DNA from: Microbacteriaceae bacterium
Lineage (GTDB): Bacteria > Actinomycetota > Actinomycetes > Actinomycetales > Microbacteriaceae
NCBI GenBank assembly: GCA_025464815.1
Contig: JAODMW010000061.1
Span: forward strand, 1-52,013
DNA length: 52,013 nt
Direction: 5' to 3'
Below the pieces are notes generated by a model. That model saw only the letters and a list, made by a program, of their open reading frames with translations, searched no databases and had not been told where the DNA came from. A program made the translations under genes and the position numbers. This document shows, piece by piece, positions 37,942-47,216 of this stretch (position 1 is its first letter; every line of letters starts with the position of its first letter).

Positions 37942-39396
37942 CTACTTCGTGGCCCAGTCCTCGGTCCACTTGCCTTGCACAGCCTGCTCCTTGGCCCAGG
38001 CGATCCCGTCGGAGTTCAGCTTCGTCAGCGCCTCTTTCAGCGACGTGCTGCCGAGGAGATAGCCCTCGTACTTATTGTTCGCGGCGATCGCTGCTGGCAC
38101 CTGGAAGAGCGCAGCCTGGCCGAGAGGAGGAACGGTTGCCCAGGCTCCCGTGTTCATCGCTTCAAGTCCGGGAGGGGCCGTCAAGCCAGCCACAGCGGGG
38201 ATGCCGCCGGTTTTGTCGAGCCACGTTTGAACTTTGGGACTCGAGACGTACTGCAGGAACTTGATGGCCGCAGCCCGCTCCGCACCCTTGATATACGCCG
38301 GGATCATGTAAGAGGTTCCGCCAGCGGTGACACCGAACTGGGCCGGCTTACCCGACGCGAGGCTCGAGTCGCTGGTGGAGAGCGTGGGGAAGGGCAGCGT
38401 GCCGTACTTGAAGCTCGCGTCGGCGAGCCCTGTGGTGGCGAAGTTCGTTCCCCAGGCCATCGCAGCCTTGCCGCCGGGAAAGTCCGTTCCGCCGGTGAAG
38501 GCACCCTGCGACTTGATTCCCGACCAGTTCGGGGTTGCGCAGGCATCGTAGAACTTCTTGAGCAACTTCAGCACCTCTGCTGATCCCGGATCGGTTGTGA
38601 CGTCGAGCTCACCAGTGAGGTAGGCGTGCGCAATGCTCTTCTTTGTCACAATATCTGCCGTGCCGGCGGTGCCGTCCACAGCGAACTGGTTGATCTTCTC
38701 TGCTTCGGAGTTCAGCAGCATCGAGTTCAGCGCGACGACAGCCCAGCCGACGGGTAGGTTGCCGCTGTCTGTTGCAAGCGGCGCATAGCCAGCACCCTTG
38801 ATCGCGGTGCATGCGCTGATGAATCCGTCGAAGCTCTTGAGATCGGAGGCTTTCACCCCGGCCTTGCTGAGGATGCCCTTGTTGTAGTAAATGCCGACCG
38901 CGACCAGGTTAAACGGGATCGCCTCGTAGTGGCCAGCTGAGTTCACCAGCTGGTTGGAGTCCTTAAAATATTGCTGAATGAAGTCGTCGCTCCAGGATTT
39001 TCCAGTGGAGGAGAACGGGTTCTTCTTCTTCAGCGCGCTATCGAGGGATAGAACCTGATCCGGCGTATGCGTTGTCTGCTGGAAGATCAGCTCAGGAGCC
39101 GTGCCTGCCGTCAACTGTGCGGCGGAGGTCTGCGCCCACGAGGTGAGCGGCAGCACGTTCGTCTTCAACGTGATGTCGGGATTGTCTTTTTCGAAATTGG
39201 CGACCAGCTTTTCCCACGCCGGACCGAACGTGTTCGCGTCGCTGGTGAACTGGTTGGGTCCGGAGAGGGTGATGGTCACCTTCCCCGATGCGGACGGAGA
39301 CGAGCACCCCACCAGGGTTACTGCGCCCAGCGCGGCAACCGTCGCGAGCGCGAACAGACGCGCTCGTTTCGTTCGCAACTTCGTTGTTACTAACAT
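37942..39396 (-). CDS. Carbohydrate ABC transporter substrate-binding lipoprotein
   Basis: Lipobox VTLVGC, IYYNK, FPGGKAAM, AAIKFLQY; start after GAGG RBS. Confidence 0.9.
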   Translation of the reverse strand: MLVTTKLRTKRARLFALATVAALGAVTLVGCSSPSASGKVTITLSGPNQFTSDANTFGPAWEKLVANFEKDNPDITLKTNVLPLTSWAQTSAAQLTAGTAPELIFQQTTHTPDQVLSLDSALKKKNPFSSTGKSWSDDFIQQYFKDSNQLVNSAGHYEAIPFNLVAVGIYYNKGILSKAGVKASDLKSFDGFISACTAIKGAGYAPLATDSGNLPVGWAVVALNSMLLNSEAEKINQFAVDGTAGTADIVTKKSIAHAYLTGELDVTTDPGSAEVLKLLKKFYDACATPNWSGIKSQGAFTGGTDFPGGKAAMAWGTNFATTGLADASFKYGTLPFPTLSTSDSSLASGKPAQFGVTAGGTSYMIPAYIKGAERAAAIKFLQYVSSPKVQTWLDKTGGIPAVAGLTAPPGLEAMNTGAWATVPPLGQAALFQVPAAIAANNKYEGYLLGSTSLKEALTKLNSDGIAWAKEQAVQGKWTEDWATK

Positions 39397-39430
39397 GCTT
39401 CCTCTTTTCTTGGTGATGTGTGAGCTGTGG

Positions 39431-39442
39431 TATAACGTTTCA
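39431..39442. promoter_or_regulatory. LacI-type operator-like site TATAACGTTTCA
   Basis: Intergenic, upstream of the binding-protein gene. Confidence 0.5.
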
Positions 39443-39486
39443 TTCACGAACCCGAAAGAACGGAGCATCCCGTCGATCGAGCACGG

Positions 39487-40320
39487 CTAGTGGGCGCCGG
39501 GCACACCCCCCTGAACGCCGGCGAGAAAGTACTTCGACAGGAAAGTGAAGAGCAGCACGAGGGGCAGGCTCGCAATCAGATACCCCGCCATGAGTGGCCC
39601 GTAGTCGGTCACATTCTGCCCCTGAAAGAACTGCAAACCCACCGATACGGTACGCAGGCTGTTGTCGGAGATGACGAGCAATGGCCAGAAGAAGTCGTTC
39701 CACACCTCACTGACCGTCAACAGCGCAATCGTTCCCAGCACCGGCAGCGACAACGGAAGCATGATCGAGCGATAGAGTCGCGCTCCACCCGCCCCGTCGA
39801 TGCGCGCCGCATCGAAGATCGCCTGCGGGATGCCCTCCACAAAATTGCGGATCAGGATCGTGCCGAGCACCACACCACCCGCGGTATACGGAACGACGAG
39901 AACGATGTAGGTGTTGAGCAGACCCAGGTTCTTCATGAGGATGAAGAGCGGGATGAGATTGGCCAGCCCTGGGACCATCATGAGCACGAGCACAGCGCCA
40001 AAGATGACACGCTTGCCGCCGAACCGATACCGCGCAAGCACGAAGCCGGAGATCGACGCGATCACCAGGATGAGGACAATCGATATCCCGGCGACGATGG
40101 CGGTGTTGAACAGATAGGGCGCGACCTGGTTCCAAGCGACCGAATAATTTTCGAAGTGCGGGGGAAACGAGATCTGCCAGAAACTGTCGGCGAACTGCTG
40201 GTTCGTTTTCAGCGAGGTGACGACCATGAAGAGATACGGCGCCAGGGAAACGACAGCCAGAACGATCAGGATCGTTTTCAAGCCGATCTGCCGTGATCGT
40301 CGGGACTGGATCGTCGTCAC
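39487..40320 (-). CDS. Carbohydrate ABC transporter permease
   Basis: FDAARIDGA, WNDFFWPL. Confidence 0.93.
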   Translation of the reverse strand: MTTIQSRRSRQIGLKTILIVLAVVSLAPYLFMVVTSLKTNQQFADSFWQISFPPHFENYSVAWNQVAPYLFNTAIVAGISIVLILVIASISGFVLARYRFGGKRVIFGAVLVLMMVPGLANLIPLFILMKNLGLLNTYIVLVVPYTAGGVVLGTILIRNFVEGIPQAIFDAARIDGAGGARLYRSIMLPLSLPVLGTIALLTVSEVWNDFFWPLLVISDNSLRTVSVGLQFFQGQNVTDYGPLMAGYLIASLPLVLLFTFLSKYFLAGVQGGVPGAH

Positions 40321-41285
40321 ATCGCACCTCCGTCGGTCGTTTCTGCGCCGCGCTTGCGTGCAACAATCACGACCGCACTGATAGCCATCGTGATAATGAA
40401 TAGCGTTGTAGACAGGGCAGCGGAGTAGCCCCAGTCGCCGCCTTGGAACGCCACATTGATCATCCTCAGAATAGGAACCATCGTTGCGTTGTCCGGCCCG
40501 CCTCCCGTCAGCACGTACGCGACGAAACCGTATTGGAGCGTGCCGACAACCGCGAGGAACAGGAGGATGCGAACCTGGCTGGCCATCAGTGGAAGGTCGA
40601 TCCGCCAGAACCGGGCGAATCTTCCCACACCGTCGAGCTGGGCCGCCTCGAGCACCTCGGTCGGGATGTTCTGCAGGCTCGAGTAGAAGATCAGGAAGGG
40701 AAGGCCTGCGATAAAGGGAAAGCCGACAAAGAGGAGCGAGAGCAACGCGGTGCTGCCCTGTCCGGTCCAGTTCTGCGCCAGCGCGCCAAGCCCGATCGCC
40801 TTAAGCGCTTGATTGATCACTCCATCGTTGGGGCTGTAGAAGAAACCCCACACCAGGGCTGTGACGACCCCGGGGAAGGCCATCGGGATGATGAGGAGGG
40901 TGCGCATGGCGAACTGCCACCGTGCACTTTTGAGCGAGATCAGAAGCTCTGCAGCAAGAAGCGGGAGGATCCATGCGACCACCGTGAACGCGAAGATGAG
41001 ACCGAGGTTTCTGAACGACGACCACCAGATCTGGTCACTGAACATCGTGGCGTAGTTACCGAAGCCGATGAACGTCGATACTCCTGCAGGCTGCCAGTGG
41101 AAGAACGACCAGAAAATAGCAGAGAGGGCGGGGTAATACGCAAACCATCCGATGACGAGCGCCAAGGGCAGGAGGGCCAGATATAACCACCAGCGGAACA
41201 CGCGCTTACGCGGAGTCCGCTGTCGTTTCTCCGGTCTCGCCTGAGATGCTGCAGTTCGGAGTGTAGCGTCGAGCGTCACCACCAC
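40317..41285 (-). CDS. Carbohydrate ABC transporter permease
   Basis: LEAAQLDG, LTGGGP; start uncertain among three consecutive GTGs (41285/41282/41279). Confidence 0.9.
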   Translation of the reverse strand: MVVTLDATLRTAASQARPEKRQRTPRKRVFRWWLYLALLPLALVIGWFAYYPALSAIFWSFFHWQPAGVSTFIGFGNYATMFSDQIWWSSFRNLGLIFAFTVVAWILPLLAAELLISLKSARWQFAMRTLLIIPMAFPGVVTALVWGFFYSPNDGVINQALKAIGLGALAQNWTGQGSTALLSLLFVGFPFIAGLPFLIFYSSLQNIPTEVLEAAQLDGVGRFARFWRIDLPLMASQVRILLFLAVVGTLQYGFVAYVLTGGGPDNATMVPILRMINVAFQGGDWGYSAALSTTLFIITMAISAVVIVARKRGAETTDGGAM

Positions 41286-41318
41286 AATCCCCACCTCACC
41301 ATCGAGCTTGAACCACAA

Positions 41319-41388
41319 TAAAACGTTTCACCATAGTGCCCTACATTCTCCGATTGTGTCAACCGGCTTCTCGGAATAAATCGATTCA
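41319..41388 (-). promoter_or_regulatory. Promoter TTGACA-18-CACTAT flanked by two LacI-type operators
   Basis: TAAAACGTTTCA 41319-41330, TAAATCGATTCA 41377-41388, -35 at 41357-41362, -10 at 41333-41338. Confidence 0.7.
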
Positions 41389-41399
41389 TTTAGACCCTC

Positions 41400-44300
41400 T
41401 CACCAGGTCCGCGATTTCGTGCTGAACCCTACTTCGCCGAGGTGGAATCCGGCGCGAATTCCGTCCTCACGGGGATAGACGGCCAGAGCGTTTGTCGCGG
41501 AATCGTCGCCATACTCCAGGCCGACTTCGATTGCCACGATTTCGACTCCCTCGCCCAACCCCATGGTGTCGGCCACGACGCGATTCCATCCCGCGGGCCA
41601 GCCGGTCGACGAGCCTCCTCGCGTTCCTCCATCGCTGAGGTGGAGAAGCAGGAAGGGCGTCGCTACCCGTTCCGGCCCCTCCAGGCACTGATCGATCAGC
41701 GCGTAGAAGAAACTGATTCCGGCAACAGGGAGGGGAGCGGGCAGGTTGATCATCACAGTCGGGGCGACATCGTTCCGGCCATGAGAGGTGCCGATGACCT
41801 TCAACACAGGATGGTCAGGCTGCTCATGCGGAACCGGCATGCACTTGAGCATCGGAAGCATCTCGAGGGTGGGATCGCCTCGGTGGGGCACGACCTCTGA
41901 CTCGCTGAGGAGCATGCGCGAACCGACCACGTCTGCAGACACCAGAGCGATGGAGGACCGAGAGGGCGTCGCGGGATCCGACCCTGGTACCCAAGGATGG
42001 AACTGCAGCGCTTCGACGTCGATCGAATGCGTGCCCGCCGTCAGGACCTGGTCCGCCCGGCCTGCGATCTCCAATGTTCCCTCGCTGCCGGGGGGCACGG
42101 TGATCTCCACACGTGCCTTCGACGCGGCCCGCGAATAGCTGATCGCGATCTCGCCGCGAACGGTTTCGGTCCGCAGCTCGAGCCGTGTGACGCCGTCGAT
42201 GAACTGCGGCGCGATCCGGAACCTTGTATATCCGGGCGCGGTCGGACGGAGACCGGCGAGGCCCTCCCACGCCCACGAGGCGAAAGGTCCGCCGAGCCCC
42301 ACGTGATTGAGCGAACCTGTGCCGGTGTTCGTCGGATCGATCCACCAGCATTCCCAGAACGTGCCAGGACCCGAATTCAGCATCGCGCCGACGCCGGGCT
42401 CCATTGGCTGCAGGAGAATGTCGTAGACCACCTGGGATCTACCCAGCCTCGTGAGCGCCCTGACCACGCTGCGGGTGGTGGCAAAGCCGCTCGACACCCG
42501 GTTGCCCCGTTCCCGGATGAGGCCAACGAGGCGCTCACCGGCCTCATCAGCTTCCCGGCCGGTCAGGATTCCTGCCTCAATCGCGGTGGCGTACGACCCC
42601 TGCGAGCCATTCCCAAAAGTTCCCGTCACCGGATCGAAGAACATACGGCGGGCGGAGGCACGTAGGGCACCGGCTACCGAGCGCCGTTGTGCCGCGGCAT
42701 CCGGATCACCGATTGCCACTTCGAGATCTGCGAGCGCCACAACGCAATCGATTACTGCTGCAGTGTGATGGATGGGCGGAGGCGTCTGCTCGAGCGCCAG
42801 CCAGTCGTGACCGTAGCTGATTGGTGAGCGAGAGATGATGCCGTCGTCATCAGCGCAGCCCAGTTGAAAATCTGCCCACCTGCGCAGCGTCGGAAGTGCT
42901 CGCCGTATCAGCCGAATGTCACCGTAATGGAGCAGGTGCCCGAGCAATATCCGGTGCAGCGCTGAACCCCACACGGGATCGGAGGGCATGCGTGTCGCGT
43001 GCAGGTCGGGGGCAATCGCCGGCAGGTGCCCGTCAGCCTGCTGACTCGTCTCGAGATCCGCGATCCACTTGTCGAGAAAGGTCGCGCTGTCGAAGGCCGC
43101 GAGTTCGTATTCCACGACAGATGCAGTGTCTCCGGTCCAGGCTGCCTGTTCGCGGGTGGGACAGTCTTCCGGCACACCGTGAACATTGTTGAGAAGTGTC
43201 CTTCTCGCGGTGGCGAGCAAGCGATCGATCGTGGGGCTGTCCGTTGAAATGGATCCCGACGAGGCGAGGTCCGTGTGCATCGAATAGGCGGTTACAGTGA
43301 CGAGCGCGTCATCGGGAAGCCCCCGAATTTCCAGATAGCGAAAGCCAAAGTATGCGAACCACGGTTCGTGTTTCTCGCCCGCAATACCCCCTGCCACATA
43401 CTCGACCAGCTGGCGCTCACGTCCGTGGTCGTAGGGCATCGTGAGGTTCGTCGTGTCGATGTGCCCGTCATCACCGATGTGCTCACCGTGCAGCACACGG
43501 ATAACGGTCCCTTCTGGCACCCCTTCTCGCAGGGTGAGCGCCGATCGCCCGGCGATATTCACACCGACGTCGAATAGCCGAGAGCCCTGGGAGCGGGCGA
43601 TCTCCGTCGGAACGAATGTCTGTGTCGCGCGAAGAGGTGGGGTGGGATCTGAAGCGACATCCATGGGCGGAGCCGCGGCAGACGTCGGTAACGTCGCCGG
43701 CTCGAGAACAACGGGGGCAGGGAACGTCGCCGGCCCTGTCGCGGGTGCGCTTCCGTCGTGGCGTTCGAGGTAGAACGGCTCATCGACCGTGACCTCGGAC
43801 ATATTCACCTCGGAGTCCACGCCGGGCGCGACACGGCTCATCGAACCGTCTGCGTGCCAGATCACCAGCTCGGCGAGCAACCGCGGGGTTTCGCCAGTGC
43901 GAGCCCACTCCCCCACACCGACAACGAACGTGAGCGCGTTCTCGCCGGTAGTGAGCGATTCTGTGACGTCATATGTTCTGAAGAGAGCCCGCACGAAGTC
44001 GGTTCTCGTGGGATCCATCCTGTCGGGATTGATCACGGCTCCGTTGACCCAGGCACGCACAACTCCCTGGCCCGTGAGGTAGAGCCGCGCCTTAGCGACG
44101 GGGTCTGACAGGCGAAACCGCGTCACGATCCGCGCGCGATGGGCGACCGACAACCATCGCGCCTGCCAATCCGAATAATCGAACGGGCCGGTCTCCAGGG
44201 TGGAGTTGGCCCAGGGCGACCACTGCCCGTCGTGGTCTGCCACCCGCACGCGCCAGTTGTAGGCCGCATGCCCAGACAATTCGCGACCGACGATCACCTC

Positions 44301-44582
44301 GGTGGCGCTTGAGGCGACAGTCCCCGAGTGCCACACCGGTTGGTTCGAGGAATCAGACACCTCGACCTCGAATCCCATCATGCCCCGAAGGCCGAACTCC
44401 AACGCAACTTTCCACCCGAGCATCGGCGTCTTCGAGGCCACAGTCGAGACGCCCATGTCACCGGCCGATCGCGCTGCGGGTTGGCCATCCGCCACAAGTC
44501 CGTAAGGAGGGCTGACGCGCTGACTGCCGTAGACGCTCGAGACCGCGCTGTCGAGTGAGCCGCGGACGCTCGGTTGGATCAT
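41400..44582 (-). CDS. GH78 family protein with C-terminal extension (paralog of 4880..8071)
   Basis: YFGFRY, EDCPTREQAAWTGD, DWLALEQTPP, TFWECWW, ends SRTW like the paralog. Confidence 0.88.
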   Translation of the reverse strand: MIQPSVRGSLDSAVSSVYGSQRVSPPYGLVADGQPAARSAGDMGVSTVASKTPMLGWKVALEFGLRGMMGFEVEVSDSSNQPVWHSGTVASSATEVIVGRELSGHAAYNWRVRVADHDGQWSPWANSTLETGPFDYSDWQARWLSVAHRARIVTRFRLSDPVAKARLYLTGQGVVRAWVNGAVINPDRMDPTRTDFVRALFRTYDVTESLTTGENALTFVVGVGEWARTGETPRLLAELVIWHADGSMSRVAPGVDSEVNMSEVTVDEPFYLERHDGSAPATGPATFPAPVVLEPATLPTSAAAPPMDVASDPTPPLRATQTFVPTEIARSQGSRLFDVGVNIAGRSALTLREGVPEGTVIRVLHGEHIGDDGHIDTTNLTMPYDHGRERQLVEYVAGGIAGEKHEPWFAYFGFRYLEIRGLPDDALVTVTAYSMHTDLASSGSISTDSPTIDRLLATARRTLLNNVHGVPEDCPTREQAAWTGDTASVVEYELAAFDSATFLDKWIADLETSQQADGHLPAIAPDLHATRMPSDPVWGSALHRILLGHLLHYGDIRLIRRALPTLRRWADFQLGCADDDGIISRSPISYGHDWLALEQTPPPIHHTAAVIDCVVALADLEVAIGDPDAAAQRRSVAGALRASARRMFFDPVTGTFGNGSQGSYATAIEAGILTGREADEAGERLVGLIRERGNRVSSGFATTRSVVRALTRLGRSQVVYDILLQPMEPGVGAMLNSGPGTFWECWWIDPTNTGTGSLNHVGLGGPFASWAWEGLAGLRPTAPGYTRFRIAPQFIDGVTRLELRTETVRGEIAISYSRAASKARVEITVPPGSEGTLEIAGRADQVLTAGTHSIDVEALQFHPWVPGSDPATPSRSSIALVSADVVGSRMLLSESEVVPHRGDPTLEMLPMLKCMPVPHEQPDHPVLKVIGTSHGRNDVAPTVMINLPAPLPVAGISFFYALIDQCLEGPERVATPFLLLHLSDGGTRGGSSTGWPAGWNRVVADTMGLGEGVEIVAIEVGLEYGDDSATNALAVYPREDGIRAGFHLGEVGFSTKSRTW

Positions 44583-44635
44583 TTTGAGTGCTCTCCTCGT
44601 TGAGCCACGCTTTGGTCAGCCCGCGGTTTCTGCGG

Positions 44636-44647
44636 TGAAACGTATCA
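44636..44647. promoter_or_regulatory. LacI-type operator TGAAACGTATCA
   Basis: In the divergent GH78/LacI promoter; identical to 16928-16939. Confidence 0.72.
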
Positions 44648-44778
44648 TAGGTTTTACCTGTTTTGGAGGTTCAGTTGACTGTACTGGCAGTGGTGAATGT
44701 CCGAGTAATCGATATGATCATGTAACGACGACAGCCCTTCAGGCCGAGAAAAGTCGCGCGATCAGCGGGAGCGAAACA

Positions 44779-45786
44779 GTGGTCAGCATTCGAGATGTGG
44801 CGCTGCGGGCGGATGTGTCCATCGGCACAGTCTCCAAGTACCTGAATACCCCGCAACGGGTCGCGCCTGACACCAAGAGACGCATCGGCAAGGCGATCAA
44901 AGATCTCGGCTACATCCGCAATGAGGCCGCCAGACAGCTCCGCGCGGGCGAGAGCAGAACTCTGGCATTCGTCGCTCTCGAACTCAATAACCCGTTCTTT
45001 GGGGACGTCGCGGACGCCGTAGAACGTCGAGCCGCCCAGAGTGGACTCTTTCTCTTCATCGTGAGCAGCAATGGCAATCCCGAGCGTGAGGGCCAGTACA
45101 TCGAAATGTTCGCCCAGCAGCGCGTCTACGGCGTGATCCTCGCTTCGGGGACGACCAGGGAGCGGGAGCTCGACCTGCTGCTAGAGCGTCGAATACCGAC
45201 AGTCCTGGTCGATGCGTACGGCAAGTCCGATCGATTCTCGTCGACCTCGGTGGATGACTTCCTCGGAGCGGAGCGAGCAGTCACCCACCTGATCGAACAA
45301 GGCTGTCGCTCGATTGCATTCATCGGCGGCGAAATTCAGATCCACCAGATCGCCGAGCGTCTACGCGGCGCTCGCGCCGCCGTCGACGCTCATCCCGAGG
45401 TGCGACTCGAGGTCATTCCTACCGTGGAGCGGTCCGTTCGCGCGGGGCTCGGCGCCGGAGAGCAGTTGCTCGGCCGTCCGAGAAAGAACTGGCCAGACGG
45501 CATCTTCGCCGCGAACGATTCGCTCGCCATGGGAATCATGCAAGCGATTTCGGTCGGCTCCGACGCTCGCATTCCCGAAGACATTGCCATCGTCGGCTAT
45601 GACGACATCGACTACGCCTCGTCGGCCGGGGTGCCGCTGTCGACAGTGCGCAGGCCACGAGAGGTCTTCGGGCGCAGCGCCGTCGACCTGGTGAGGGACC
45701 AGGCTGAGTCGGCGGAGGCCCTGCCGGTGCGCAGCATCGTCATCCAGCCAGAGCTGATCGTTCGTCAGAGTTCACGGCGGATCTAG
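44779..45786 (+). CDS. LacI family transcriptional regulator
   Basis: IRDVALRADVSIGTVSKYLN HTH; FAANDSLA, VGYDDI; GTG start. Confidence 0.95.
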   Translation: MVSIRDVALRADVSIGTVSKYLNTPQRVAPDTKRRIGKAIKDLGYIRNEAARQLRAGESRTLAFVALELNNPFFGDVADAVERRAAQSGLFLFIVSSNGNPEREGQYIEMFAQQRVYGVILASGTTRERELDLLLERRIPTVLVDAYGKSDRFSSTSVDDFLGAERAVTHLIEQGCRSIAFIGGEIQIHQIAERLRGARAAVDAHPEVRLEVIPTVERSVRAGLGAGEQLLGRPRKNWPDGIFAANDSLAMGIMQAISVGSDARIPEDIAIVGYDDIDYASSAGVPLSTVRRPREVFGRSAVDLVRDQAESAEALPVRSIVIQPELIVRQSSRRI

Positions 45787-46261
45787 CGGGGCTATGTGGC
45801 AGCACGAGTCTCGCGTCGGCCACCCACTGCAATGGTGAATGCAGTCAGCCCTGCCGCAAGAACCGCGATGGCGACGACGACCGCTGGTAGTCCCACGGTC
45901 GGCGCAGCTAGCGGCAGGAGGAGCACGGCCACGGCAACCACGACAGCCGCAGCCGGAGGGATGGGACTATATGCACTTCGCATATCCCTTTGACGATGTT
46001 GCCGTGGGCTCACACAAGGAAGCCCCGCGGCTCCTAAGTGACGCTCGTGACAGAGGTAGCCGGGTCTCCTGTTGCAATAACTACATCACCAAGATCCCTC
46101 TCGAGTCGAAGGCATTCTGACCCCCGTCAGTACCCTTCCGACCGCCCGTTGCCGGGTTTTGCGGGTTTCCGATCGGAGTATCGACTCCTCCTGGCCTCGG
46201 AGGTACTCTCCGGAAGCCAATTACTCGGGAACGCCCATTTTCCGGGGAAAGGAGGGCATCC

Positions 46262-47071
46262 ATGAGCAACCAACCCATACAACACCCCGTCACCGTGAAG
46301 GTGGTGCCGCCGGTCGAGCCGACGCTTCTGAAGCGTGCGGTCGTTTACCTCCGTGTGTCGACATCCCATCAAGCGATCCGCGAAGTCGGCGAGCTCACCC
46401 GCAGCGAACTCGACGCCCGGCAGGAACACGACCAGGCCGTGCTCGCCAACCAGCGGCAACGGCTTATCAAGCTGGAACGCCAGAAGCAGAAGCTCATCGA
46501 TGCCCACCTCGACGAAGCCATCCCCGCTGAAGACCTGAAACCTCGCCAAGCCGCCCTGATGGCCGAGATGAACGATGCCCGCCGTCTGATCGCTGCCTGC
46601 CAGGACGACATGGTCCTGGTGCGCAAGCACGTCGAGCTCGTGCTCACCTTGCTCGGCAACGCCGGAAGACTCTACCGACCCGCCACCCTCGAACAACGCA
46701 AATGGCTCAACCTCGCAGTGTTCACCAGCATCGCCATCGACCTCACCGGTGACGACGACCCGCACCCCACCCATGAGACCATGACCGTGAAAATGACCGG
46801 TGGACTGGCCCAACCAGTGGCCGCCATCGCCGGACTCGCTCAACTGGGCACGAACGGCCGGAAAACCCGCGATACGGGCCCACACAGCGCCACAGGGGCC
46901 GAACTCCGCGGCTCGGCCAGCGCCCTGACGGGGCAAAGGAAAACCCCCAGCGAGCTTGCGCCTGCCGGGGTTTCAACGTGGACAACTTGGCGGAGACGGA
47001 GGGATTTGAACCCTCGGACCCCTTACGGGATCTCCACCTTAGCAGGGTGGTGCAAGGTGCATCAGGCCTGA
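46262..47071 (+). pseudogene. Internally deleted large serine recombinase (integrase)
   Basis: AAAGGAGG RBS; RAVVYLRVSTSHQ catalytic-Ser motif joined directly to a coiled-coil C-terminal region (RLIKLERQKQKLIDAHLDEAI); ORF runs into the tRNA fragment. Confidence 0.72.
46988..47054 (-). pseudogene. 3' fragment of tRNA-Ser(GCT) with CCA; attachment site 1
   Basis: Minus strand TGCA-CCACC-CTGCTAA-GGTGG-A-GATCCCGTAAGGGGTC-C-GAGGG-TTCAAAT-CCCTC-CGTCTCC-GCCA; 5' acceptor strand absent. Confidence 0.88.
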
Positions 47072-47088
47072 CATTCCGGGCCTTTGGG

Positions 47089-47145
47089 CACCCCAAACAC
47101 CCCGAACACCCCGAACGCCCCGAACACCCCGAACACCCCGAACAC
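47089..47145 (+). repeat. 9-bp tandem repeat (CACCCCGAA)x6
   Basis: Six units (two with one mismatch) plus a partial unit. Confidence 0.9.
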
Positions 47146-47216
47146 AGCATCAGCTGGATGACGGGGACACTGGTGGTACACGGCTCGGGCGACTCAACGA
47201 ATGGTCCGCCAGGGAG

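Noticed and set aside
17034-41285. Both ABC importers lack an ATPase gene
   Set aside because: Normal for actinobacterial CUT1 systems, which share an MsiK-type ATPase encoded elsewhere.
45792-46013. 73-aa hydrophobic minus-strand ORF, perhaps a membrane-protein remnant
   Set aside because: No clear RBS or family motif; cannot support a call.
46988-47077. Possible intact tRNA-Ser(GCT) gene
   Set aside because: No 5' acceptor strand complementary to CGTCTCC; the D-arm-like GGTGCATCAGGCCTGAC stretch is out of register, so treated as an att fragment.
47089-47145. Possible CRISPR array
   Set aside because: 9-bp head-to-tail units with no spacers; no cas genes in the window.
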